Shown here piece after piece: positions 20,401-29,288 of a stretch of DNA of 64,000 bases. The notes beneath the pieces were generated by a model. That model had not been told where the DNA came from. It did no database searches and saw only the letters and a list, made by a program, of their open reading frames with translations. The stretch is from the NCBI GenBank assembly GCA_964343075.1, contig CAYFGT010000003.1, positions 25,104 through 89,103 on the forward strand, given 5' to 3'. The position numbers were made by a program, and so were the translations under genes. The stretch comes from an uncultured Dehalococcoidia bacterium. Its GTDB lineage: Bacteria > Chloroflexota > Dehalococcoidia > Lucifugimonadales > UBA3495. The first letter of the stretch is position 1, and each line of letters opens with the position of its first letter.

Positions 20401-21612
20401 ATGAATAATACGCAATATGACATAGTTATCGTTGGTGGAGGTATTATTGGTCTTTCTACGGCCATGCATATCGTGCAGAATAGGCCGTCAACAAATGTGC
20501 TGGTTGTAGAGAAAGAAAGTACTTTGGCAAAACATCAAACGGGTAATAATAGTGGTGTCATTCACTCTGGCATCTATTACAAACCAGGGTCTTGGAAGTC
20601 AGAATTTTGCGTAAGTGGAGTAACTAAAATCAAAGAATTCTGTGATGACAACGAGATTGAATATGTCGAGTGCGGGAAGACAATCGTAGCAACCTCCGAG
20701 GAAGAGCTAGGTAGATTGAATGACTTGTTTGATAGAGGCCAAGCAAATGGAGTGCCGGGATTAGAAATGATTGGACCGGAACGGCTAAACGAAATTGAAC
20801 CTCACGTTTCTGGGATTAAGGCCCTCTGGTCTCCTAAAACAGGAATCGTTGATTATGTGAAAATCACGAATAGGTATGCAGATATTTTCCAAGAGAAAGG
20901 AGGGACGGTTTTATTGGGGACATCGGTAGAGCAAATTGATGCGAGAGACGAAGAAATTGTTTTGGAAACCAATAACGGGACCATACACACTAAGAACATT
21001 ATCAATTGCGCCGGATTGTATTCAGACAAAGTGGCTGAAATGATGGGAGAAGACATCGGTGTTCGTATAATTCCGTTTAGAGGAGAATATTACAAGTTAG
21101 CTTCTGATGCAGAACATTTAGTAAAAGGGCTTATTTATCCGGTTCCTGATCCAAGATTTCCTTTCCTGGGAGTACATTACACTCGTAATATACATGGGTA
21201 CGTGGAAGCAGGACCGAATGCTGTATTAGCATTCCAGCAAGAAGGATACAAAAAAAGTGACGTGAACATAAAGGAAATGTCACGGACCCTAATGTTTCCC
21301 GGATTCTGGAAGATGCTTAAAAACAATTGGAAAACGGGTATGTCCGAATTGTATCGTTCTTACAACAAAAACAAATTCGTGTCAGATCTACAACGATTAA
21401 TACCAACTATAGAGTCAAATTCACTAGTGGCAGGAGGAGCCGGTGTGCGTGCTCAGGCTGTAGACCGGACAGGGTTTTTACTTGATGACTTCAAAATAGT
21501 CGAAACACCGAACTCCCTGCATGTGATTAACGCCCCTTCGCCTGGCGCCACATCTTCATTAGCTATAGGACAACATTTAAGTGAACTTGCAGAGGCTAAC
21601 TTTTTTGGATAA
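20401..21612 (+). CDS. lhgO: FAD-dependent L-2-hydroxyglutarate oxidase-like dehydrogenase
   Basis: YDIVIVGGGIIGLSTA...HQTGNNSGVIHSGIYYKPGS is the LhgO/YgaF-type signature as I recall it; 403 aa. GGTGGA RBS. Confidence 0.75.
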   Translation: MNNTQYDIVIVGGGIIGLSTAMHIVQNRPSTNVLVVEKESTLAKHQTGNNSGVIHSGIYYKPGSWKSEFCVSGVTKIKEFCDDNEIEYVECGKTIVATSEEELGRLNDLFDRGQANGVPGLEMIGPERLNEIEPHVSGIKALWSPKTGIVDYVKITNRYADIFQEKGGTVLLGTSVEQIDARDEEIVLETNNGTIHTKNIINCAGLYSDKVAEMMGEDIGVRIIPFRGEYYKLASDAEHLVKGLIYPVPDPRFPFLGVHYTRNIHGYVEAGPNAVLAFQQEGYKKSDVNIKEMSRTLMFPGFWKMLKNNWKTGMSELYRSYNKNKFVSDLQRLIPTIESNSLVAGGAGVRAQAVDRTGFLLDDFKIVETPNSLHVINAPSPGATSSLAIGQHLSELAEANFFG

Positions 21613-21986
21613 TGATGGATAAAAGTTTTTCGAAAATAGGGGAAATCTGTATAACACAGCCTCTTTGTGAGAAGTATGCTACAGGTGTTGGTACAGATAT
21701 AAACACTTTTACAGGTGACGTCCCTAATATGCTGATTGTTGGACGATCTATTGCTATGATGCTAGACACTTTCGAGATACCTGATGGTGCTATTCATAGT
21801 ACTCAGGAAATGACAAACGTCGGGTTAGCAAACGTTGGAGATACAGTTGTTTGTTATGCTCGAATAGAAAATAGACGGATAATGAAGGACATGGAAGTGG
21901 TGTCGGTATCCTGCCAATTTGAAATAAAAGATGGATCTGTTATTTGTGAGTCGAAGAGTGTAGTAATGGTGCCTCAGCATGCCTAA
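21612..21986 (+). CDS. Small hotdog-fold protein lacking the hydratase motif (HadA/HadC-like partner subunit?)
   Basis: 124 aa, with size and pattern compatible with a hotdog fold and no D-x-N-x-x-H motif. It overlaps lhgO by 1 nt and the downstream MaoC gene by 8 nt. The fold assignment is tentative. Confidence 0.45.
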   Translation: MMDKSFSKIGEICITQPLCEKYATGVGTDINTFTGDVPNMLIVGRSIAMMLDTFEIPDGAIHSTQEMTNVGLANVGDTVVCYARIENRRIMKDMEVVSVSCQFEIKDGSVICESKSVVMVPQHA

Positions 21987-22410
21987 AAGAATATCTTATG
22001 AAGAACTTACTGGTTCCCCTATAGTAGTTACACAAGAATTAATAAAAGCCTACGCAGATGCCTCGGGCGACACAAACAGAATACATTTAGACCCTGAATT
22101 TGCACAGGGAACATCCTTTGGGAGAATCATTGCGCACGGCATGATGACGCTAAGTTTAATTGATCAAATGATGATTAAACAATTCGGAACAGCTTGGTCA
22201 AATAAAGGAATTTTGAAATCGAAATTCCGTGGGGCAGCCGGGGTAGGTGACCGCATTGCTAGTTCGGCAACTCTGAAGAGTGAAAAACAACTGGAGGGAT
22301 TTCTGCGACTTACATTTGATGTGGCTGTACGAAATCTGGATACACATAACCTTTTGGTAGGTGGTACTTGTAGTTTAGATGTTCCAAACCTTGAAAAAGT
22401 ATTGCTTTAA
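21979..22410 (+). CDS. MaoC-family (R)-specific enoyl-CoA/ACP hydratase (hotdog fold)
   Basis: Hydratase-2 motif YADASGDTNRIHLDPEFA followed by IAHGM. Confidence 0.8.
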   Translation: MPKRISYEELTGSPIVVTQELIKAYADASGDTNRIHLDPEFAQGTSFGRIIAHGMMTLSLIDQMMIKQFGTAWSNKGILKSKFRGAAGVGDRIASSATLKSEKQLEGFLRLTFDVAVRNLDTHNLLVGGTCSLDVPNLEKVLL

Positions 22411-22455
22411 ATTGTAGTTTAACCTTTTATTTTGGCTTAGTATTTAGAGGTTACA

Positions 22456-23532
22456 TTGGGATTCATTTCGGAGATACAAAATATGTCAATAGCAAACGAT
22501 ACACGCCACGCTGGAATCACCATAGCTCTGGATTGTATGGGTGGCGATTATGGGCCCGTTGAAACTGTAGCTGGAGCGAAACTCGCTCTAGAACAATATA
22601 AAGGAAGTAAAGAACTAAAAATATTACTGGTGGGTGACATCAATGATATTAATACTTATGTTGGAGACAGTGAACAGTCTGGCCTAGCGATAGTACAATC
22701 GGAAGGTAAGATTATTGATGATGAACACCCGGTCGAAGGATTGAGACGGAAACCAAATTCTTCCATTGTTGTTACAACTAAATTGGTTAAGAGTGGAGCA
22801 GCAGACGCAGCGGTGTCAATGGGGTCTACAGGGGCATCCATGGCAGCTTCAGTAATGATTTTAGGATTGCTGCCTGGTCTGGATAGGCCGTGTATAGGCG
22901 GACCCTTTTTGGGACTAGCACCCAACACAGTATTGATGGATATGGGAAGTAATATAGATTGCAGACCTAATTTATTACTGAGCTTCGCTATGATAGGGTC
23001 TGTGTTCTCTGAAAAATTTCTCGGGATTGATCACCCAAGAGTTGGTTTACTTAGTGTTGGGTCTGAGCCTGCTAAAGGCAATAAACAAGTACAGGATAGT
23101 TATAAATTGTTTCAGTCTAGTCCAGTCAATTTTGTAGGAAACGTTGAAGGCATGGACTTTTTTACCGGCAAGGCGGATGTGATCGTGTGCGATGGTTTTG
23201 TAGGTAATATTTTGTTGAAATTCGCAGAAGGCATGGGTAGTGTGCTAAGGCGGTATACTCAGTCCCAATTATCCAAGATGCTACCAGGTGATGAGGCAGG
23301 AGAATTAGGTGAAAAATTATGGACGGAAACAAATTTAGCCAGATCCATAGGAGGACCTTTATTTGGAGTCAAGGCTCCTGTAGTGGTTGGACATGGGTCT
23401 GCGATGGCGGAAGAGGTAGCAGGAGCGATAGCCACGGCGCTAAAACTGGTTGAATTAGATGTTCAAAGTGACTTAGAAAGATCCTTGGTGGAATTGGCAT
23501 CTCATCAAGAAACTGGAGCTGGGCTTGAGTGA
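22456..23532 (+). CDS. plsX: Phosphate acyltransferase PlsX
   Basis: IALDCMGGDYGP, VSMGSTGA and CDGFVGNILLK are PlsX signatures. The start is TTG 22456 (AGAGG RBS 5 nt upstream) or ATG 22483. Confidence 0.9.
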   Translation: MGFISEIQNMSIANDTRHAGITIALDCMGGDYGPVETVAGAKLALEQYKGSKELKILLVGDINDINTYVGDSEQSGLAIVQSEGKIIDDEHPVEGLRRKPNSSIVVTTKLVKSGAADAAVSMGSTGASMAASVMILGLLPGLDRPCIGGPFLGLAPNTVLMDMGSNIDCRPNLLLSFAMIGSVFSEKFLGIDHPRVGLLSVGSEPAKGNKQVQDSYKLFQSSPVNFVGNVEGMDFFTGKADVIVCDGFVGNILLKFAEGMGSVLRRYTQSQLSKMLPGDEAGELGEKLWTETNLARSIGGPLFGVKAPVVVGHGSAMAEEVAGAIATALKLVELDVQSDLERSLVELASHQETGAGLE

Positions 23533-24274
23533 TATTTTGAAAGATAAAGTCGCCATTATAACAGGGGCTTCAAGAGGAATCGGGGCTGCTATAGCTAAAC
23601 GATTGTCCGAAGAAGGGGCAAAAATCGCGATCAATTTTAACGCTAGTGAAGAAGAAGCAAAAAAAGTATTAGCGATTGTGAGTAAACACTCTGAAGGCCT
23701 ACTGGTGCAAGGTGATGTGGCGATTCAAGAGGATGCTGGACGAATATTACAAAAAGTAATAGACACCTGGGGCAAAATAGATATATTGGTAAATAACGCT
23801 GGTATTAACAGAGATAAATTACTAATGCGAATGGATACTTCTGATTGGGATGACGTCATGGATGTAAATTTGCGTGGTACTTTTCTATGTACGAAATTGG
23901 TTATACCTTATCTGGTAAAACAAAGAGCCGGAAGGATAGTTAATGTGTCATCAGTTGTTGGGTTGTCGGGTAACCCAGGGCAAACTAATTATGCCGCATC
24001 AAAAGCCGGCCTAGTAGGGTTCACTAAAGCGTTGGCTCGAGAAGTTGCATCTAGAAATATTACTGTTAATGCTTTGGCTCCAGGTTTTATATCTAGTGGT
24101 GGGATGGTTGATGAATTGTCCGAAGAATCTAAATCCGCTATTTTGAAGAGAATTCCTATGGGAAGATTCGGTACAGTGGACGAAGTTGCAGAATCCTGTC
24201 TGTTTTTGTGTAGTGAGCAAGCAAGCTACATTACCGGCCAAGTGATTACAATGGATGGCGGAATGATTGCTTGA
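23525..24274 (+). CDS. fabG: 3-oxoacyl-ACP reductase FabG (SDR)
   Basis: KVAIITGASRGIG...NNAGI...S...YAASKAG...PGFI..., 249 aa. The TTG start overlaps the plsX stop. Confidence 0.9.
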   Translation: MSDILKDKVAIITGASRGIGAAIAKRLSEEGAKIAINFNASEEEAKKVLAIVSKHSEGLLVQGDVAIQEDAGRILQKVIDTWGKIDILVNNAGINRDKLLMRMDTSDWDDVMDVNLRGTFLCTKLVIPYLVKQRAGRIVNVSSVVGLSGNPGQTNYAASKAGLVGFTKALAREVASRNITVNALAPGFISSGGMVDELSEESKSAILKRIPMGRFGTVDEVAESCLFLCSEQASYITGQVITMDGGMIA

Positions 24275-24326
24275 TATTGCAAGATCTAATTGTGATAATA
24301 TCCCTAGAGTACAGATAGGGGATTAA

Positions 24327-25697
24327 ATGAAAATAAATAGTACAAGAATTAAAGGTCTTCCTTTTGGCATTCATTACAGTTGGCTCATTGTATTTGCTTT
24401 GTCTGTTGTACAAATATTTGGTACCTCGATTAGCTTTTCAGCAGGAATTATGGTTGCCCCTCTCACGAATCCCGAAATAGGATTTGGTTGGAATGTTGCG
24501 CTGGTGGGGGCTGGTATAGGATTTTATTATTTGACAGGCGCAATTATGGCACCAATAACCGGGTATTTAGGAGACCGATATGGAGCCAGGAAAATGCTGT
24601 TGTGTTCTGGCTTGTTGTACTTCATCAGCATGAACTTATTGGGTCAAATAAATGCAGTGTGGCAATTTTTCCTTGTTTTTGGGGTGATGCTTGCAATGAC
24701 ACAATCATTAGCAATGGTTCCTCTCATGGCCACTATTAGTGGGTGGTTTAAACAAAAACTTGGCATAGGAATAGGGATATTATATGCGGCAGGCGGTATA
24801 GGAGCGGCAGCGTTTGCACCCATTGTAGGGACCTCGATAGAATCGTTTGGATGGAATGTTACTTTTATGGTTCTGGGCTGCTTAGGTGGAGGGGTATTAT
24901 TGTCATTGTTGGTAATAGTCCGTAATCACCCTTCAGATCTTGGTCTTAGTCCATACGGTAGTGAGCCTGGCACAATTACCAGAAAACCTACAGCCGAAGA
25001 AAAAGCACTAAATAAGATAAAAGCTAAGGTGTTCAATAAAGAAGTCCGAAAAACCACTCCATTTTGGTACTTACCAATGATCCACGGGTTTGGATGTGCG
25101 GGCCACGGAGTGATTCTTATATATATATTACCTTTTGCGATCCATCGTGGCGTATTTGAATCGTTGGGAGCCGCTGGCACTATATTGACAGTATTGTCTC
25201 TTGTAAGCATAGTGAGCCGTCTCACTGCCCCAATACTTGCAGAATCGTTTGGGACTCGGAAAATGATGTTTATAAGCCTTTTGATACAGGGTTCGACAGT
25301 TTTCTGGTTAATGTTTGCTGGTGATGCTTGGGCGTTTTATGTGTTTGCCGCCGTATTCGGTTTAGGATTTGGAGCGGAATGGACAGCATATATAGTTATC
25401 AACAAGCAATATTATGGCGATGGTCCTATGGGACATGTGTATGGTGTTGAACAAGCCGGAGCATTATTAGGACATGCGGTTGCTACAATTTTGTGTGGTA
25501 TGTTACTAGGTCTATTTAACTTGTATTTCGATGCCGGTATTTCTTTTATGATGATATTCGTTGTCTCTATATTATTTAATGTCTGTGGTTTGGTGTTTAT
25601 ATTGTTATTGCAAGATACAAGCGAAGTAATCATTCCTGATTGGGAGAATAAGGTACATGTTCAGGATATGAATCCTTTAATCGACGGAACAGACTAG
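24327..25697 (+). CDS. MFS transporter
   Basis: 456 aa and about 12 hydrophobic segments. The MFS loop motif GYLGDRYGARKM lies between TM2 and TM3. Confidence 0.8.
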   Translation: MKINSTRIKGLPFGIHYSWLIVFALSVVQIFGTSISFSAGIMVAPLTNPEIGFGWNVALVGAGIGFYYLTGAIMAPITGYLGDRYGARKMLLCSGLLYFISMNLLGQINAVWQFFLVFGVMLAMTQSLAMVPLMATISGWFKQKLGIGIGILYAAGGIGAAAFAPIVGTSIESFGWNVTFMVLGCLGGGVLLSLLVIVRNHPSDLGLSPYGSEPGTITRKPTAEEKALNKIKAKVFNKEVRKTTPFWYLPMIHGFGCAGHGVILIYILPFAIHRGVFESLGAAGTILTVLSLVSIVSRLTAPILAESFGTRKMMFISLLIQGSTVFWLMFAGDAWAFYVFAAVFGLGFGAEWTAYIVINKQYYGDGPMGHVYGVEQAGALLGHAVATILCGMLLGLFNLYFDAGISFMMIFVVSILFNVCGLVFILLLQDTSEVIIPDWENKVHVQDMNPLIDGTD

Positions 25698-25698
25698 C

Positions 25699-26334
25699 AT
25701 GAAAGATCGATTGGAACACTTTGTATCTGATAGTCTAGCTGCAGGTCTAACTAAGGAAGAAGTAGCAAGAGCTTTGACGGAGGCTGGCTGGAATCAAGAG
25801 GCGGTCTCTCACGCTTTGGCTTTATTTTCGGATGTTCAATTCGCAGTACCCGTACCGGCACCCAAAAGTGAATTTCATGCAAAAGAAGCGTTTCAATATT
25901 TAGTTTCTTTTATTACCTTATATATATCTGCTTTTAGTTTCGCTGCGTTGTTATATGCGTTCATAGACTTAGCGTTTTATGATCCTGGGGATTATGGAAT
26001 GCCGGGCTCCGGCATTCCAATGGCTATTGCAGCGTTGATGGTGGCGTACCCAGTGTATCTTTACTTTACGTGGAGGTTATTCAAAGAAGAGAAGCAAGAT
26101 TTTTCTAGAAACACTTCAAACGTGGGTAGATGGCTAACCTACATAACGTTAGCTGTTACAGCCTCCGTGATTATTGGTGACTTAATTGCTTTGATATTTA
26201 CCTTCCTTACCGGAGGATTAGCTCTTCGCTTCGTATTGAAAGTCTTAGTTGTATTGATCATTACTGGCACCATATTTTTATTTTATAGGTGGCGACTAAA
26301 GCAAGGAGAAGATCGTGAAACTGTCAGTATTTGA
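25699..26334 (+). CDS. Membrane protein, DUF5671-like (soluble N-terminal helical domain plus four TM helices)
   Basis: Architecture and C-terminal pattern (RWLTYITLAV...IGDLIALIFTFLTGGLALRFVLKVLVVLII) match my recollection of DUF5671. The start lies 1 nt after the MFS stop. Confidence 0.5.
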   Translation: MKDRLEHFVSDSLAAGLTKEEVARALTEAGWNQEAVSHALALFSDVQFAVPVPAPKSEFHAKEAFQYLVSFITLYISAFSFAALLYAFIDLAFYDPGDYGMPGSGIPMAIAALMVAYPVYLYFTWRLFKEEKQDFSRNTSNVGRWLTYITLAVTASVIIGDLIALIFTFLTGGLALRFVLKVLVVLIITGTIFLFYRWRLKQGEDRETVSI

Positions 26335-26770
26335 GGTTAGCCCAAAAACCCTTGCTATAGTTGTTACAGCTGTTGTTATCGCTAGCATTGGTTATGGTGT
26401 GTTTCTGGCAGAGCCATGGCAGAGTCGTGCTATCAATACAGATATCCAGAGGATTGATGATTTGGATGAGATTGACCGAAGTATCAAGGAGTACTGGAGA
26501 GTTAAAGGTGAATTACCTGTGACATTAGATGATCTGGATAAAGGAGACTATTTTGTTTCTGAAGAGCAGAGGACTGATCCAGATGGCCTGCGGTACGGAT
26601 ACACCCGGCTCGAAAGTAAATCTTACGAATTATGCTCAGAATTTTATTTGGATTCTGATGAGAGTATTATGGAGGACTGGCGTGGAGACGAATGGGACCA
26701 TCCACGTGGATATCATTGTTTTCAGTTTGATGATTTAGACCCATTTATCGGTAGTTCGACCATCAGATGA
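26315..26770 (+). CDS. N-terminally membrane-anchored hypothetical protein
   Basis: GTG start overlapping the previous gene. It has a single TM helix (LAIVVTAVVIASIGYGVFL) and then an acidic domain with ...KGELPVTLDDL...DPDGLRYGY...YELCSEF. Confidence 0.45.
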   Translation: MKLSVFEVSPKTLAIVVTAVVIASIGYGVFLAEPWQSRAINTDIQRIDDLDEIDRSIKEYWRVKGELPVTLDDLDKGDYFVSEEQRTDPDGLRYGYTRLESKSYELCSEFYLDSDESIMEDWRGDEWDHPRGYHCFQFDDLDPFIGSSTIR

Positions 26771-28250
26771 AGTTGGTTCTTAGAATCTCAGCACAGAATA
26801 ATAAAGCCATACTGCCACTCCGGTCGTCATATCCAGACACCGCTGGTCTTAAATAGTAAGATTCTAAGTCTGGCTGGAGACCTGTATTGAAACAGGCATC
26901 AGTGACGTTACCTTCATGATCGACTCTACTTCGTAGGAAGTGCCACGCTCCTTCTATTATCGGGTCTACTGAATCGTCTAGTATGCCAAGAGCTTTACCT
27001 CTTAGTGCGGCATAACCAATTATGCATGTAGTGGTGAATTCAAGGTAAGTGTTTGGGAGATCCATGACTTGATGAAATCCTCCCGAGATATCTTGGAACT
27101 TTTTGATCTGATTGAAGAATGTAAGGAATTGATTAAGGATAACTGAGTACATGGGTCTGGTTTGCGGAACATAAGTCAAGTATTGACTCAATCCTAATAT
27201 AGCAAAACCATTTCCACGACTCCAGAAATATGGAGAAGATTGAGAATGCCAGAATAATCCATTTTCTTGCTGCAAGTGGATCAATTCATAAAAAGAGTCC
27301 AATATATCTAAGTATGATACAGTGTCATGTTTTTCAAATGCTCTACCTAATATCGCTGATGAGTAAAACATGTCCTCTGTTCGCACTGTAGGGTCACAAG
27401 GTATGGGTGGACCATCGTTGATATTAAATTGATAAGTATTGGCTGCTTCGTCGAGTAGCTGATTCCATTTGTCATTGCCTAGCATGCTGCTTAAATCATA
27501 AGCCCATATAGCCGATGCTAGATTAGCGCCTGTGGGGTCAACACCGAATGGTTTTTGCTCTCCTAGAGGGCTGTTGGAAAGCATTTGGTCCAATTCTTTG
27601 GCTATATTGTTTGGTCCCTCCATCTGTTGGGCTATGTGCAAGCAAGCATAAACCCCTACTCCTTGGGTGTAATTAACCAGGGTTAAGTCGTTTCCGTAAA
27701 CTTTCATTAGATCCTTTGCCAGTTCTTGCGGTGTTCTTTTTAATTTGTGTATGATATCTAACCTTGATGAAGACCGAGGGAGGTTGAGGGCTTGTTCAAT
27801 ATGTGAGCAGATTTCTTGGATTTGGTTTGTACAGGTAACTACTGGTACGTTTACGATAGACTTTAATGAGAAGGATTCAGTGCTACTGATCAAGATAGCG
27901 TCAGGTACGTGATTACTTATTCGTTTGTATAAATACTTTTCAATTACATTATCTTCAAAATAAAAATTGGATAAATCGGAGTTGAAATCGAAACGTAAGG
28001 TATTGTCGGGAACTATTAAAATCGTCGTAACGGACGATCCATATTTGGTTATGATTGATTCAGCAGCGGTTTGAATTTCTAGAGTGCGGCTTGACTGTGT
28101 TTCGGTTACTATGATGAGGATTGACGGTTCATTACCAGTTTCGTAAAGATCGGTACGGAACTCCCAGCCAGTTAGTGGCTCTAACGATGAAGTGCTTCCC
28201 CAATAGATAGCTTCCCATGAGTTTAAATGGATCGAGTGTAAATTGCTCAT
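26763..28250 (-). CDS. Hypothetical protein with a C-terminal GH88/GH105-like (alpha/alpha)6 unsaturated-glycuronyl-hydrolase-type domain
   Basis: 495 aa. The block FWSRGNGFAILGL resembles the WxRGNGW motif of the GH88/GH105 (YteR/UGL) families. I do not recognise the N-terminal ~200 aa. GGAG RBS. Confidence 0.45.
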   Translation of the reverse strand: MSNLHSIHLNSWEAIYWGSTSSLEPLTGWEFRTDLYETGNEPSILIIVTETQSSRTLEIQTAAESIITKYGSSVTTILIVPDNTLRFDFNSDLSNFYFEDNVIEKYLYKRISNHVPDAILISSTESFSLKSIVNVPVVTCTNQIQEICSHIEQALNLPRSSSRLDIIHKLKRTPQELAKDLMKVYGNDLTLVNYTQGVGVYACLHIAQQMEGPNNIAKELDQMLSNSPLGEQKPFGVDPTGANLASAIWAYDLSSMLGNDKWNQLLDEAANTYQFNINDGPPIPCDPTVRTEDMFYSSAILGRAFEKHDTVSYLDILDSFYELIHLQQENGLFWHSQSSPYFWSRGNGFAILGLSQYLTYVPQTRPMYSVILNQFLTFFNQIKKFQDISGGFHQVMDLPNTYLEFTTTCIIGYAALRGKALGILDDSVDPIIEGAWHFLRSRVDHEGNVTDACFNTGLQPDLESYYLRPAVSGYDDRSGSMALLFCAEILRTNFI

Positions 28251-28268
28251 TTGGTCTCCAGTGATATG

Positions 28269-29030
28269 CTATTTTTGAACTATATTAATATTGACGGGTC
28301 TTTGGGCATGGACAGTGAACGTCAATGAAACTGATCCGCCACCATCCGTACTGTTGATGACCTCTATATTCTCCGGACCCTCTAAGTATTTAATGTCCCC
28401 GTCTGAAAAGGAGAAAGGTCTGTCATGCCCCGGATAAAAAGTGTTGGATGTATCGATCATTTTTTCAACACTGTTTTGGGCGTCGTTAACATCCCAAAAA
28501 ACGTTGTAAGGTAACTTACGAAGGACTGTTCCGCTGTCAGGTAGTGCATCTCCTGCTATAAGGATTGATTCACCACCTAGATCGGCTAGGACACTGATAT
28601 GCCCTTTGGTGTGACCTGGTGTTTCAATTACCCTAACACCTTCAACTATCTTATCCCCGTCACTTACTAATTCCAAATTCATCTTTTCTAACATGTCCGC
28701 TATGTATTTGACGGTGGCATGATCCTGTGGCTTGGGATCCCTAGCGTAGTCATATTCGATGGGATTAACAAGGATCCTAGAATTTGGGAACATATCTGTA
28801 TTTTGGCAATGGTCCCAATGCAAATGTGTGAGTAGCACTATATCTATATCGTTAGGCTCAAGATCCAAATCCGCTAGTTGTTTGTGTAATAATCCTCGCC
28901 TGGACCCTGGACCTGTGTCTACCAAAATCCGAGTGCCGTCAACCGTTATAAGAGAGTTGGTTGAATATCCAAATGAACCTTGATCTGAGTTTAGAGCGAA
29001 TCCATAGGTTAATACGTCTAGATTGATCAT
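28269..29030 (-). CDS. MBL-fold metallo-hydrolase
   Basis: LLTHLHWDHCQN (HxHxDH motif) and later PGHTKGH; 253 aa. Confidence 0.85.
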   Translation of the reverse strand: MINLDVLTYGFALNSDQGSFGYSTNSLITVDGTRILVDTGPGSRRGLLHKQLADLDLEPNDIDIVLLTHLHWDHCQNTDMFPNSRILVNPIEYDYARDPKPQDHATVKYIADMLEKMNLELVSDGDKIVEGVRVIETPGHTKGHISVLADLGGESILIAGDALPDSGTVLRKLPYNVFWDVNDAQNSVEKMIDTSNTFYPGHDRPFSFSDGDIKYLEGPENIEVINSTDGGGSVSLTFTVHAQRPVNINIVQK

Positions 29031-29256
29031 CTACTGTTACCTCCAGATTGACTATGATTGATGATTATAACATTTGCGAGGATCAGTAAATTGATAAATG
29101 ATTGATAAACCAGGTAATAAAGTTAAGACATTTTGTTTTTGTTTTTTAAAACACATATGATAGAATACTTGGTTAGATGGTGAGTAAGTGGCTATATTAG
29201 GAAAGACATCACATATTGTAAACCGGATACAAAAAACCGACGGTGAGACGTTGCTG

Positions 29257-29284
29257 AATCCCCTTTTTAAAGGGGATTTTTTTT
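29257..29284 (+). terminator. Intrinsic-terminator-like hairpin in the pyr leader (candidate attenuator / RBS-sequestering element)
   Basis: Stem AATCCCCTT (29257-29265) / AAGGGGATT (29269-29277) with a 3-nt loop, then seven T (29278-29284) ending 4 nt before the pyrB ATG. There is no plus-strand gene upstream for it to terminate. Confidence 0.6.
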
Positions 29285-29288
29285 AGCC

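Noticed and set aside
29161-29288. A PyrR-binding anti-antiterminator loop in the pyr leader
   Set aside because: I could not find the ARUCCAGAGAGGYU-like motif. The closest strings (GGUGAGUAAG and GGUGAGACG) differ at the conserved CCAGAGAGG core, and no pyrR gene precedes pyrB.
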